DNA of 64,000 nucleotides from an uncultured Bacilli bacterium (GTDB lineage Bacteria; Bacillota_I; Bacilli_A; RF39; UBA660): NCBI GenBank assembly GCA_944332715.1, contig CALVKN010000001.1, positions 13,415 to 77,414 of the forward strand, read 5' to 3'. Shown piece by piece: positions 36,204 to 46,199 of this stretch (position 1 is its first letter; each line of letters starts with the position of its first letter). The notes under the pieces were generated by a model. It saw only the letters and a program-made list of their open reading frames with translations, ran no database searches and was not told where the DNA came from. The position numbers and the translations under genes were made by a program.

Positions 36204-36470
36204 TTTTCTTACACCTCTTTATTCTATATTTAAATATTACCAAAATATGCAAAAAAAGTAAACATTTTTATGTAAATTTTTATAAAATTAATTAAATATT
36301 TTAATAGCCATGTCGAAATTTGTCATACGATTTTTCTTGTATTTTTAATATTTTAACTTTAGAATAATTAACCGTTACCCATAGTGGGAGCGTCTGCTAA
36401 CTTTTAGTAATTATTGCGTTTTTTTCGGGGGTTTTCTTCGGGAGAAATCTTTAGTGAAGGAAGTGATGCC

Positions 36471-36554
36471 ATGAACGACAAAATATTTTGTCAAGTAATT
36501 ATAATTCTGGTACTCGTACTTTTTAGTAATAGAGGCCAAGCAAAAAGGCGCTAA
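36471..36554 (+). CDS. 27-aa hydrophobic peptide (putative type I toxin), copy C
   Basis: SD GAAGGAAGTGA. MNDKIFCQVIIILVLVLFSNRGQAKRR. Confidence 0.5.
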   Translation: MNDKIFCQVIIILVLVLFSNRGQAKRR

Positions 36555-36606
36555 AATAGCGCCTACCTTTTAGTAGATGCTCCCCACCACTATGGGTAAC
36601 ACTTAC
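36538..36606 (-). ncRNA. predicted antisense sRNA, copy C; ends are approximate
   Basis: The terminator stem is AGGCGCT/AGCGCCT (36546-36564). It carries a compensatory pair change relative to copy A. Confidence 0.45.
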
Positions 36607-36671
36607 ATATATAATATACCAAACTTTTATAAATTATTCAATCTTTTTTCAAAATAAAAAGTATAAGCATA

Positions 36672-36881
36672 TTACTTATACCTATTCATTTGTTGCATCA
36701 CTTGGCGTACTTGTTTCTGACTTGGTTTTCTTCCCATACTACTCATCATTGCTTCAATCATCTTTTCATTAATCGGAGGATTTTTTTCAAGTTCTCTTTT
36801 CATCATAAAACGAGCAATTAAGAAACCAGCCACTAAACCAATAAGTAAACCAATTACTAAATAAAGGATTAATTGTCCCAT
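36672..36881 (-). CDS. yneF: UPF0154 membrane protein YneF
   Basis: [55 protein letters not shown] is typical of UPF0154. Confidence 0.8.
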   Translation of the reverse strand: MGQLILYLVIGLLIGLVAGFLIARFMMKRELEKNPPINEKMIEAMMSSMGRKPSQKQVRQVMQQMNRYK

Positions 36882-36933
36882 AAAATGCCCTCCTTACATC
36901 ATTATTTTACTATAAATTTATCTTTTTAACAAC

Positions 36934-37356
36934 TTATAATCGCACTAATTCTTCTAACCAGAAGTAATCTTTATTTTCAAAATCACAAGCAAATAGACCA
37001 TTTAAAGGTAAAAACTTTTGAATATTTTTACTAATTATATTTGTTTTCATAAGAATATGAGAATTCCTAACCCAAATATTCGTCTCTTCCTTACGATACT
37101 TATTAAGAATTCTATGATTATCCCCAATTTTCATATAAAAGTCATTATCTTTATTTTTATCATAGATAAGTTTATTAAACTTTACCTTATCAATTGGTAC
37201 AATTATTTGATCGAGTAACTCTTTACCATAACCAATACTTGCCCTATCAAGTAAATAAATGCTTTCTAACGATTTAAACAAATTATAAGGGCTTTCCCTA
37301 AGAAGTATCCCCATTTCCTTATTGATTTTAAAAATATAAAATGTCCTCAATTTCAT
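36934..37356 (-). CDS. SirA (YneE)-like sporulation inhibitor of replication (called by position and weak similarity)
   Basis: 140 aa between tkt and yneF, as in the B. subtilis tkt-sirA-yneF order. The C-terminal ACDFENKDYFWLEE resembles SirA AMDFNSKRYGWLNP (from memory). Confidence 0.45.
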   Translation of the reverse strand: MKLRTFYIFKINKEMGILLRESPYNLFKSLESIYLLDRASIGYGKELLDQIIVPIDKVKFNKLIYDKNKDNDFYMKIGDNHRILNKYRKEETNIWVRNSHILMKTNIISKNIQKFLPLNGLFACDFENKDYFWLEELVRL

Positions 37357-37396
37357 CACCCACCAATAGGATAACAAATTAAGGACAAAAAACTTG

Positions 37397-39400
37397 TCAA
37401 ATTATGTCGATGTTAACATCTTTTTCTAAATAATTAGCAATTTTTTCTAAAATACTATTTTTATCTATCTTTAAATACTTAATTACTTCCTCACTTTTAC
37501 CGCTCATACCAAACCTATTTACTCCGAAAATATATTCTGGCTTAGTAGCAAATCTATTCCAAATTAAACTAGCTCCGGCCTCAATTACAAATGTTGGCAC
37601 ATCTTTAGGTAGTAATTGTTCTTCATATTTAGAGTTTTGTTTTAAGAAAAGTTCCATCGATGGCATTGACACTACTCTTGTATCTATACCCATAGTAAAT
37701 AATTCTCGAGATATATCCATCGCGGTTTCTACCTCTGAACCTGTTGCAATAATTATTCCATCCAAGTGATACTTTTCTTTTCTAATCATGTATGCCCCAT
37801 ACTTAACAAATTTAGCATTAGTGTTTTTCATCTTACTTCTCTTTTCTTTACTTATAACTAATGCTGTTGGACAATTATTTTTAAGTATATATTCCCAAGA
37901 ACCCATTATTTCATTGATATCAGCTGGTCTAAACGTAATAAAATTAGGAATACTTCTAAGCATAGTAAGTTGTTCTACTGGTTCATGCGTAGGTCCATCT
38001 GCTCCAACATATACTGAATCGTGAGTATAAATATAAGTTACTGGCAAATTCATTAAAGCAGACAAGCGAATCGCCGGCTTTTGATAATCACTAAATGCTA
38101 AGAAAGTTGAACCAAATACTTTTAAATTAGATAAAGCCATCCCATTAAGTATAGCCCCCATAGCATGTTCTCTAACACCGAAGTAAATATTTTTACCCAC
38201 TGGGTTATCTTCACTTTGAATACTTGATTTATCTAAGTTTGTCTTACAACTTGAAGATAGATCGGCAGATCCTCCTAAAAAAAACGGATTCTTCGGTGAT
38301 ATAAAATTCATAATCTTATGATTACTTTCTCTTAACTCTTCACTATATTCATCACTAATCTTAAATTTTGTATCATCAAAATCAATTACAAACGTATTTC
38401 TTTCAAGCAAATTAAGCATTGAATGAAGCCCAATATTATCACTTTCTTTAATACCCTTGTATTCTTCTTCCCAAGATTTGTATTCTTCACCAACTCGGTT
38501 ATTAATTGCAGCTTGAACATGAGTAAGAATTTTGCTATCGATATTAAATGCTTCCGTTGTTATTTTATACTTTTCTTTAATATTACTTAAATCTTCTTTT
38601 GATAAAGGTTTACCATGTACTTTATTAGTTCCTTCTAATAATGAATCCTTACCAATAGTTGTATTACATATAATTATTGAAGGACGATCTGATTTTTTTG
38701 CTTGTTTTATAGCTTTAGATATTTCATTATAATCATCGCCATTTTTAACAGTTAAAACATTAAAATCCAATGCTTCAAAACGTATTTCAATGTCCTCTGT
38801 AAATGTATTTGCAGTATCACTATCTAAACTCACATTGTTACAGTCGTATAAAAGTATAAGTTTATTCAAGTTTTGCGTACTAGCAAAAGATAATGCCTCA
38901 TAACTTACACCTTCCATTAAATCCCCATCACCACATAAACAGTATGTGTAATAATCGATTAACTCACTATTTTTCTTTTCAATATTACAAATAGCATTTA
39001 AATATCTTTCTGCCATTGCCATACCAACAGAAATACCTATTCCTTGTCCCAGAGGACCAGTTGATGCATCAACCCCTGGAGTAACCCGATATTCTGGATG
39101 TCCTGGCGTTAAAGAATTGAGTTCTCTAAAATGCTTTAACTCTTCAATATCTATATCATATCCGGCATGATAAAGCATCGAATATAAAAGAGCTGAACCA
39201 TGTCCTGCTGACATAACAAATCTATCCCTATTTATCCAATCAGGTTTGCTAGGTATAACTTTCAAATGTTCCTTATATAAGGCATAAACAATTGGTGCTG
39301 CTCCTAAAACTATACCTGGATGCCCACTTCCTGCTTTATCAATCATATCAAGGGCCAGTACTTTTATGCTATTAATTGCTTCATTATCTATTTTTGCCAT
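37397..39400 (-). CDS. tkt: transketolase
   Basis: GSGHPG, the GDGDLMEG ThDP motif, 667 aa. Confidence 0.95.
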   Translation of the reverse strand: MAKIDNEAINSIKVLALDMIDKAGSGHPGIVLGAAPIVYALYKEHLKVIPSKPDWINRDRFVMSAGHGSALLYSMLYHAGYDIDIEELKHFRELNSLTPGHPEYRVTPGVDASTGPLGQGIGISVGMAMAERYLNAICNIEKKNSELIDYYTYCLCGDGDLMEGVSYEALSFASTQNLNKLILLYDCNNVSLDSDTANTFTEDIEIRFEALDFNVLTVKNGDDYNEISKAIKQAKKSDRPSIIICNTTIGKDSLLEGTNKVHGKPLSKEDLSNIKEKYKITTEAFNIDSKILTHVQAAINNRVGEEYKSWEEEYKGIKESDNIGLHSMLNLLERNTFVIDFDDTKFKISDEYSEELRESNHKIMNFISPKNPFFLGGSADLSSSCKTNLDKSSIQSEDNPVGKNIYFGVREHAMGAILNGMALSNLKVFGSTFLAFSDYQKPAIRLSALMNLPVTYIYTHDSVYVGADGPTHEPVEQLTMLRSIPNFITFRPADINEIMGSWEYILKNNCPTALVISKEKRSKMKNTNAKFVKYGAYMIRKEKYHLDGIIIATGSEVETAMDISRELFTMGIDTRVVSMPSMELFLKQNSKYEEQLLPKDVPTFVIEAGASLIWNRFATKPEYIFGVNRFGMSGKSEEVIKYLKIDKNSILEKIANYLEKDVNIDII

Positions 39401-39483
39401 AATCCACTTCCTCTACTATATTAAAATAATAACATAAAATTATAAAAAAATAAACAACCGATTAAATTCAGTTGTTTACTTTA

Positions 39484-39972
39484 TTATCTTTGAATAAAAC
39501 AAACATTCATGAAAAATAGAAATGCTGCCCCAATAGTTAAAGGCACTTTATATTTTGTACATTCATAAATAGCAACAGCCTTATCAGCCCCACTAACTAT
39601 CCAACTACCTACATGTTTTGGTGTAACACGAGCAATTGGAAACATATGAGACGCAATAATGTTTTCTTGAACACTTGATAATTCAAAGTTCTTTTTAGCA
39701 TTTTCTACAGCTTTATCAGGGTGATTTAAAAAGCACTTTTCAGGAACATCTTCTGTTCTAAAAAAATCATGCAATAAAGCAGCTCTTGTAACTTCTTCAT
39801 AATTCTTCACATGCAATTTCTTACAAGTTTTATAAGTAAGTCTTGCCACATTTAAAGAATGATCTAATCTAGAAATACCATGATGTATCTCATATTTTAA
39901 ATCTATAAATTCTTCATTTTTCAATATATCACTAATTATATTATTAAATTCTACTTCTTTATTAATTGTCAT
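39484..39972 (-). CDS. HD-domain phosphohydrolase
   Basis: H...LDHSLNVA...AALLHDFF motifs. Confidence 0.7.
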   Translation of the reverse strand: MTINKEVEFNNIISDILKNEEFIDLKYEIHHGISRLDHSLNVARLTYKTCKKLHVKNYEEVTRAALLHDFFRTEDVPEKCFLNHPDKAVENAKKNFELSSVQENIIASHMFPIARVTPKHVGSWIVSGADKAVAIYECTKYKVPLTIGAAFLFFMNVCFIQR

Positions 39973-40083
39973 TTTTCCCCTCACATTTATTAATTATATC
40001 ACAAATGTGGCAATTTTTGAACTGCTAATGTCTATTTTACACTATTTTCTTCATTTTTTGAGCCATTTTTGCTAAATTTTCTG

Positions 40084-40755
40084 CTATTTTTCGTTATTTT
40101 CATCAAAACTAGCCATATCTAAATTAAAACGATAATGCCCTATTATTTTTCTTTGCATTAAGGCATCTTCCTCATAATTACTACTGCCATCATGATGAAT
40201 TATATAATTAATGCCATCATCATCTAATTTATCACTAACTATTGCTATATGACCATCAAATATTACAATATCTCCACCCTGCCACTCTGATGCATCTGTT
40301 GCATCTAAAGATTTTTCTTCAGCATATTTATCTAGAAACACTTTAATATTATTTATCTTTCGAAATTCAATATTAGGATCAATCTCATCTATTCCATAAT
40401 CGCTAATATTATTGGCCATATCTTCATCAAGCATCTCTTTAAAATCATATCCGGCTTCCCTTAAAGCATACCAAATTATATCAGTACTAACATAATTATC
40501 ATCATCAGGATATCCCCCATTATAGTAAGCATCTTTATAACTAGGTTCTAAAGAAACAAATTTTCTTGCTCCATTTAAAATATCCGTATAATCATCTACT
40601 CCATCGCCATCAGCATCATTATTTGATGCCACAAAACCCACCGCTTCAGTATCCTTATTCCAAGGTAAATAATCAAAGTGGTCAAGAGCAATAATAAAAA
40701 GCGCTAATATTAAAACTAAAACAATTATATTACCAATTCTTAAAAAATTCTCCAT
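40084..40755 (-). CDS. DUF1287-domain protein with an N-terminal membrane anchor
   Basis: DGDGVDDYTDILNGARKFV...YYNGGYP...VSTDIIWYALREAGYD...GDIVIFDGHIAIVSDK fits the DUF1287 pattern. Confidence 0.6.
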   Translation of the reverse strand: MENFLRIGNIIVLVLILALFIIALDHFDYLPWNKDTEAVGFVASNNDADGDGVDDYTDILNGARKFVSLEPSYKDAYYNGGYPDDDNYVSTDIIWYALREAGYDFKEMLDEDMANNISDYGIDEIDPNIEFRKINNIKVFLDKYAEEKSLDATDASEWQGGDIVIFDGHIAIVSDKLDDDGINYIIHHDGSSNYEEDALMQRKIIGHYRFNLDMASFDENNEK

Positions 40756-40756
40756 C

Positions 40757-41566
40757 TTATTCCTTCATTCTTACAATAAACTTTTCCGCTAAACTACCTT
40801 CATCCCGTTTTTTTACATAAATAAAGCCAATTATACAATATATTACTGCTCCAACAAAATTTACCATCAAATCTCCCATTGTATCATTAAGACCTATATC
40901 TAAATAACCATCCAAAACATAAGTTCCATCTTCCGAAAAAATATATACTTCATCTATATTTTCAATACTCTCAACAATATTTTTACCCTCTTCATTTAAA
41001 GTAACCGAATAAATACTTTCTACTATCTTATCTTTTTGCATATCAGTATGAATTAATCTATCTGCTCCATATTCGAAAAACTCCCATAAAACTCCGATAG
41101 TCATCGAAAAACAAAAGCCAACAATTGCTACAAAGAATGGTGATAAATTAAGATGAAACTTATCATATCTATTTAAAATATCAATCAAAGAAAAGCCAAC
41201 CGCGGCACACAAGAAACCATTAATCGTATGAAGTATTAAATCCCAATTAGCAAAAACATTATAGAAATTTTGTATTTCTCCAAGTATTTCTGCTGCAAAA
41301 ATAAAAAGCAAAATAATTATTTCTAAAGCTTCTGGTAAATCTAACTTAAACTTTTCTTCAAAGAAACTAGGAATCAAAAATAATATTAATGTTAAAATAC
41401 ATAAAAAAGCATTTTCATAATTGCCATGAATTAATTGTAATATTAAAGTAATTAATACTAATAATCTTAAAACCATATATAAGGCAAAAGCTTTCTTATG
41501 AGTTTTAATCTGCTCTTTTAATCTATCTCTAAGGCGCTCTTTTTTAGTTTTATTTTTCTTATTCAT
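40757..41566 (-). CDS. multi-pass membrane protein (family uncertain, YjdF-like?)
   Basis: Basic N-terminus followed by about 6 hydrophobic helices. Confidence 0.45.
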   Translation of the reverse strand: MNKKNKTKKERLRDRLKEQIKTHKKAFALYMVLRLLVLITLILQLIHGNYENAFLCILTLILFLIPSFFEEKFKLDLPEALEIIILLFIFAAEILGEIQNFYNVFANWDLILHTINGFLCAAVGFSLIDILNRYDKFHLNLSPFFVAIVGFCFSMTIGVLWEFFEYGADRLIHTDMQKDKIVESIYSVTLNEEGKNIVESIENIDEVYIFSEDGTYVLDGYLDIGLNDTMGDLMVNFVGAVIYCIIGFIYVKKRDEGSLAEKFIVRMKE

Positions 41567-41627
41567 TCATAACACATCCTTAATAAAAGGATACCAAAAA
41601 ATAGAAAAAAAATAAAGCGCTAATGCT

Positions 41628-42065
41628 TTATTCTGACTGACACAAACCTACAATATCTGGATTTGTCCCAATAATTATATCTCTATTTCCTTGTGAAGTA
41701 TTACATGTAACCAAATATATAGAAGAATCTTCTCCAAATTGATAAAGTTTAGAGCCCCCATCATTAGCAGTATCTTTATAAATCATAACATTAATTAAAT
41801 CATCTATGGTTATTACTTCATTTTTTATTGCATCTTCTAATTCCATATTTTTTACATCTTTATGATCATTTGTATACTTAATACTAACAAATTCAGAAAT
41901 TATTTTTCTGCCATCACTATATATTTCTCTATAGTTCCTTGCTCCATCTGGTGCTGTTTCAAAAGAATAACCAGTTTCTAGTGGCATTGTAGAAACTACC
42001 GGCTTTTCTACATCACATCCCGTTACTAACAACAAACAAACTGAAAATATCATTACCTTTTTCAT
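41628..42065 (-). CDS. lipoprotein, 145 aa
   Basis: Signal peptide plus lipobox LLVTGC. Confidence 0.6.
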   Translation of the reverse strand: MKKVMIFSVCLLLVTGCDVEKPVVSTMPLETGYSFETAPDGARNYREIYSDGRKIISEFVSIKYTNDHKDVKNMELEDAIKNEVITIDDLINVMIYKDTANDGGSKLYQFGEDSSIYLVTCNTSQGNRDIIIGTNPDIVGLCQSE

Positions 42066-42121
42066 AAATCAAACCTTCCTTATCTACCCAAATTTTATCA
42101 TAAATATAAAAAAAACAACAT

Positions 42122-42706
42122 TTAGTTGCCAAGTTTACTTACATCAATAAGTTCTATTTTTTCTTTACTCACTAAATACGCTCTTTTAGCAAGCTTCATT
42201 AGAGGTAAATCAGATAAAGAATCTGTATAACACTCATCAATAATAGTATCTTTATATTTTTCTTTAAAAATAGTTACTTTATTTTCTCTAAAACAAATAA
42301 ATTCAAATTTACCAGTATTAACATTTAATATTGAACTAATAATATTTTTCGTTTTAAGTTCACTCGATATACCATTAATTAAAATATCTGGAGATGCAGT
42401 AATAATTACATCTTCTTCACTTATTTTATCTAACATATATTTCTTTAATTTCTTCTTATTATTACCCCAAAATTCTTCTACATATCCATTTATATCATCT
42501 TTATTTTTAATAATAACACTAGTTAACTTACTTGCTTTTTCATACAAATCATCAATAGATAATTTATTCATTTTATAAAGTATTGCTGCAGATAATACAG
42601 CAGGAATTTTAAAAATTAAACTTTTCTTCTTTCTTATACAAAAACAAAAAAAGTCTACTAAAGACTCCCCATCATATATAGTATTATCAAAATCAAATAC
42701 TTTCAT
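42122..42706 (-). CDS. HAD-superfamily hydrolase
   Basis: The N-terminal FDFDNTIYDG contains the DxDxT motif. Confidence 0.65.
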   Translation of the reverse strand: MKVFDFDNTIYDGESLVDFFCFCIRKKKSLIFKIPAVLSAAILYKMNKLSIDDLYEKASKLTSVIIKNKDDINGYVEEFWGNNKKKLKKYMLDKISEEDVIITASPDILINGISSELKTKNIISSILNVNTGKFEFICFRENKVTIFKEKYKDTIIDECYTDSLSDLPLMKLAKRAYLVSKEKIELIDVSKLGN

Positions 42707-42720
42707 ATTATCTCCATTAA

Positions 42721-42796
42721 TGGCGTCCCCGAACGGAATCGAACCATCACTCTAACCCTTAGGAGGGGCTTGTTTTATCCATTAAACTACGGGGAC
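42721..42796 (-). tRNA. tRNA-Arg (anticodon CCU)
   Basis: The reverse complement GTCCCCGTAGTTTAATGGATAAAACAAGCCCCTCCTAAGGGTTAGAGTGATGGTTCGATTCCGTTCGGGGACGCCA folds as a cloverleaf with anticodon loop CTCCTAA and an encoded CCA. Confidence 0.85.
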
Positions 42797-42824
42797 TTAC
42801 CAATAAATATATTAACACATGTTT

Positions 42825-43979
42825 TTAAGAATTACTACTCTTTTTATTTTTTAACATCTTTAATGCTAGTTCCAAAATCTTTTTAGTTGATTCATTTTTA
42901 TCATGCTTTTGCATATTTTCTCGCCATTTAATAACTAATTTTTCTTTTTTTAAAGTTTTCTTAACGGCAGATGCTAAACCTATCGGGCTCATTACTTTAC
43001 ATCCATACTTCTTTTTGCAAATATATCGAGCATTATATTTTTCAGGTCCACCATTCCCAGGTATTAATATTAAAGGAACACGCATATCAATACATTCTGT
43101 CAAAGTTGCCCCACCTGGTTTAGATATAACTACATCACTTACATTAAGTAAATTATAAACATCTTTAGTAAAACCTAATACTTTAACATTACTCGCTTTT
43201 TTCTTCATAACATATCTTCTGGCCTTTTCTTCTAATTTTTGATTTCTACCACTAATAAATATAATATTAATTGGTAAATCTTGCCAAATTAAGGCCTTCA
43301 AATAATCGAGACTACCCATCGACCCCATTGCTCCACCACCAAAAAATAAATAAGTTTTCTTCGCAGGATCAATGTTATATTTAAACATTACCTCTTCCTT
43401 ACTATCTAAATTTTCCATATTCTTGCGATCAAAAGGAAGCCCAAAAGGATATATTTTCTTTCCATCAATACCTTTTTTAATCATAACGTTTTTCATTATA
43501 TCATTAGCAACTATAAAGGCATCTTGACTTTGATGATCTTTTCTCCAGTAACTGTGAGAAACATAATCCGTTATAACAGTCATAATTAAAGAATCAGTAA
43601 TACCTAATTTATTATAATAACTTATTATATTTCCTCCGAAAAAATGTGTAGAAATAGTTAAATCCGGATTAAAATCCGCTATTTCTTTACGCAATTTTTC
43701 ATTATCAAAAGCTTTTTTAACAAGTTTCATTTGACTTAAACTAGCTAACCGATTATCAGCAATATCATAAATAAAACTAAAAGTCTTATGAAAACTATGC
43801 CTTGTAAATACATCAAATATTCTAATACTGAGTTTACCTAATAAATTAGAATACTTAGCAACATCAAATACTTTTACTTCTAAATCGCTATGTTCTTCTA
43901 AATAATTATTTATTTTATCTGCAATTGATTTATGACCTGAACCATAAGGAGCATAAATAATTAATACTCTTTTTCCCAT
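42825..43979 (-). CDS. MGDG-synthase/UgtP-family glycosyltransferase (GT28)
   Basis: MGKRVLIIYAPYGSGHKSIADKI N-terminus and a C-terminal KPGGATLTE motif. Confidence 0.75.
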   Translation of the reverse strand: MGKRVLIIYAPYGSGHKSIADKINNYLEEHSDLEVKVFDVAKYSNLLGKLSIRIFDVFTRHSFHKTFSFIYDIADNRLASLSQMKLVKKAFDNEKLRKEIADFNPDLTISTHFFGGNIISYYNKLGITDSLIMTVITDYVSHSYWRKDHQSQDAFIVANDIMKNVMIKKGIDGKKIYPFGLPFDRKNMENLDSKEEVMFKYNIDPAKKTYLFFGGGAMGSMGSLDYLKALIWQDLPINIIFISGRNQKLEEKARRYVMKKKASNVKVLGFTKDVYNLLNVSDVVISKPGGATLTECIDMRVPLILIPGNGGPEKYNARYICKKKYGCKVMSPIGLASAVKKTLKKEKLVIKWRENMQKHDKNESTKKILELALKMLKNKKSSNS

Positions 43980-44045
43980 ATTATCTTCTCCACTTTAATT
44001 ATACTATACTCCCTAAACAAAATCTAGAATAAAAATTGGGCATAA

Positions 44046-44183
44046 TCATTCACTCATTGCATAAGTTACTACATTATTATCTGTACCCAATGCTTCAAAC
44101 CTAGCATTAACAAGCAAAACCATTCCTATAATAACTAAATAGAAAAATAATACTCCACTATACTTTTTTAAAACATTCATCAT
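44046..44183 (-). CDS. small single-TM ORF (45 aa) divergent from lexA; candidate SOS-induced division inhibitor
   Basis: Not in the ORF track. AGAGGT lies 8 nt before ATGATG. MMNVLKKYSGVLFFYLVIIGMVLLVNARFEALGTDNNVVTYAMSE. Confidence 0.4.
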   Translation of the reverse strand: MMNVLKKYSGVLFFYLVIIGMVLLVNARFEALGTDNNVVTYAMSE

Positions 44184-44219
44184 AACACATTACCTCTTCT
44201 TTCTGAAATAAATTTATCA

Positions 44220-44233
44220 CGAATATTTGTTTG
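44220..44233. promoter_or_regulatory. degenerate LexA (Cheo) box, CGAATATTTGTTTG
   Basis: GAAT-N4-GTTT against the consensus GAAC-N4-GTTC, in the lexA / small-ORF intergenic region. Confidence 0.35.
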
Positions 44234-44249
44234 TGTCAATCACAAAATT

Positions 44250-44263
44250 AAACAAATGTTTGA
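44250..44263. promoter_or_regulatory. degenerate LexA box, AAACAAATGTTTGA, overlapping the lexA -35
   Basis: Palindromic AAACA/TGTTT arms. The lexA promoter TTGACT-17-TAAAAT (44260-44288) overlaps it. Confidence 0.35.
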
Positions 44264-44306
44264 CTTTTTACACAAAGTATTGTAAAATGATAATGGAGGT
44301 ATAAAT

Positions 44307-44927
44307 ATGGATAAAAAATTAACACCAAGACAAGAAGAAATATTAACGTACATAAAAAAATATACAGCTACTCATGGCTATCCCCCAGCAATTAGAGAAA
44401 TATGTGCGGGAGTTGGCTTAAACAGTCCTGCTACTGTATTTGTCCACATTAAAAATCTAGAAAAAGCAGGATATATAAAATCAACCAATAACAAGTTTAG
44501 AACAATTGAACTTTTAGTTGATAATGAATACTTAGAAAAAAATGATGATGTCGTAAAGGTTCCTTTACTAGGTAAAATAACTGCAGGTAGTCCAATTACA
44601 GCTATTGAACAACCTGATGAATTTTTTGACTTACCAGCATCCCTTATGCCCAAAAGTGGTGAAGTATTTACTTTACATGTAAGTGGTGAATCGATGATTA
44701 ATAAAGGAATATATGATAATGATTATGTTATTGTAAAACGTCAAAATGATGCTAAAAATGGTGATGTCGTTGTTGCTATGACTAGTGAAAATGAAGTAAC
44801 TTTAAAAACATTTTACAAAGAAAAAGATCATATTAGATTACAACCAGAAAATGATACAATGGAACCATTAATTTTTCCAAATATTACCATACTAGGTAAA
44901 GCCATTGGACTATATCGCAAATTTTAA
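44307..44927 (+). CDS. lexA: SOS repressor LexA
   Basis: N-terminal winged HTH (LTPRQEEILTYIKKYTATHGYPPAIREI). The cleavage site and S24 peptidase are indicated by (A)GSP...VSGESM...K. Confidence 0.95.
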   Translation: MDKKLTPRQEEILTYIKKYTATHGYPPAIREICAGVGLNSPATVFVHIKNLEKAGYIKSTNNKFRTIELLVDNEYLEKNDDVVKVPLLGKITAGSPITAIEQPDEFFDLPASLMPKSGEVFTLHVSGESMINKGIYDNDYVIVKRQNDAKNGDVVVAMTSENEVTLKTFYKEKDHIRLQPENDTMEPLIFPNITILGKAIGLYRKF

Positions 44928-44933
44928 GAAAAC

Positions 44934-44963
44934 AAAAATTCATATCAGTAATATGAATTTTTT
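44934..44963. terminator. bidirectional terminator between lexA and the rhomboid gene
   Basis: AAAAATTCATAT-CAGTA-ATATGAATTTTT. Confidence 0.6.
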
Positions 44964-44975
44964 GTTTGCCCTTTT

Positions 44976-46136
44976 TTATTTGAAGAAAAATACAACTACA
45001 CTTAAAAATACTATATATAACACTAAAACTATCCAACCATTAAGCATATCTCTCTTGGCACTCTTATAATCAATTCCTATTGCCATTGCTGCTAAATAGC
45101 CCCCAATTAAACCACCGATATGAGCAACATTATCAATACCAGATATTGTAAAACCTATAAGTAAATTAAGAATTATTATAGGAATAATTTGATTACGTAT
45201 CGCTTCACTCAAGTAAAGGCGATAGTGATATCCAAAATAAAGTAATGCTCCCATCAAACCAAATAAAGCCCCACTAGCACCAACCGAAATAACATTCGAT
45301 GCACTAAACACTAAAGAAAGCAAATTACCACTTATGGCACTAATTAAATAAATGAATAAAAATTTCCACTTACCAATAAATGTTTCAACTTGTGTACCAA
45401 GTATAGCAAGTGAATACATATTAACTAATAGATGAATTAAACCCGCATGTAAAAATGCGCTGGTAAGAAGCCGCCATACTTCACCATTTTGTACAAGCAT
45501 TAAGTTATTTCCTCCAAGCATTGCTAATGTAGTTGCACTAAAACTTAAAAAGTTTCCATCTTTAATACCAACAACTATATACATAACAATACATGCAAGT
45601 ATAATTAATTTAGTAAATATTATTTTTTTAGGTGAAAAAACTTTAGCAAACAATTTGTTTTCTTTTTCAGTCTTTTCATTTATATCATTTGTTACATTAA
45701 TAATTAAATCAAGCCCATCTTTTGAATCAATTAATTCATCTTTCAAATTAGGAAATATCTCTTGTAAAGCAGAATTTTTCTTAATTTCATTTAATGATGA
45801 AACGTTAATAGTTTCAATATTGCCATGCTCACTATATTTTACTCTATCACTCATATCTAAACAAATATTTAAAGCATTCATCTTTAACGACAATGTTTTT
45901 CTTTTTATTTGCTTAATAATATGTTCCATTTTAAACATATCATAATTATATTGTTCTTCATTAATTACCCTATTACAACTTATTCTTATAACCCGGTATG
46001 GTCCATTTAAATTTTCTAACCAAATCTCATCTTTTACTCCCTGAACATGTATCGGAGAATAATTTTCTTTAGTTACAAAATAATGCACCAAACTCATCAT
46101 TATTTGGTCATTTTTTCGTATCATTATTGAAGCCAT
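44976..46136 (-). CDS. rhomboid-family intramembrane serine protease (GluP/YqgP-like)
   Basis: FLHAGLIHLLVNM, GASGALFGLMGA (catalytic Ser) and AHIGGLIGG (His). The start is set to MASIMIRK. Confidence 0.8.
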   Translation of the reverse strand: MASIMIRKNDQIMMSLVHYFVTKENYSPIHVQGVKDEIWLENLNGPYRVIRISCNRVINEEQYNYDMFKMEHIIKQIKRKTLSLKMNALNICLDMSDRVKYSEHGNIETINVSSLNEIKKNSALQEIFPNLKDELIDSKDGLDLIINVTNDINEKTEKENKLFAKVFSPKKIIFTKLIILACIVMYIVVGIKDGNFLSFSATTLAMLGGNNLMLVQNGEVWRLLTSAFLHAGLIHLLVNMYSLAILGTQVETFIGKWKFLFIYLISAISGNLLSLVFSASNVISVGASGALFGLMGALLYFGYHYRLYLSEAIRNQIIPIIILNLLIGFTISGIDNVAHIGGLIGGYLAAMAIGIDYKSAKRDMLNGWIVLVLYIVFLSVVVFFFK

Positions 46137-46199
46137 ATACACTCTCCTTCGTTCTTTTATTTTACAATAAATCATATATTTAGTAAAGAGGTGATACCT

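Larger units (their letters stand above)
36311..36641 (+). other. candidate type I toxin-antitoxin-like module, copy C (most divergent)
   Basis: TGTCGAA-att-TGTCATA (36311-36327). Promoter TTGTAT-17-TAGAAT (36337-36365). Repeats at 36374-36397 and 36573-36600. Antisense promoter TTGAAT-17-TGgTATATT (reverse complement of 36641-36613). Confidence 0.65.
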
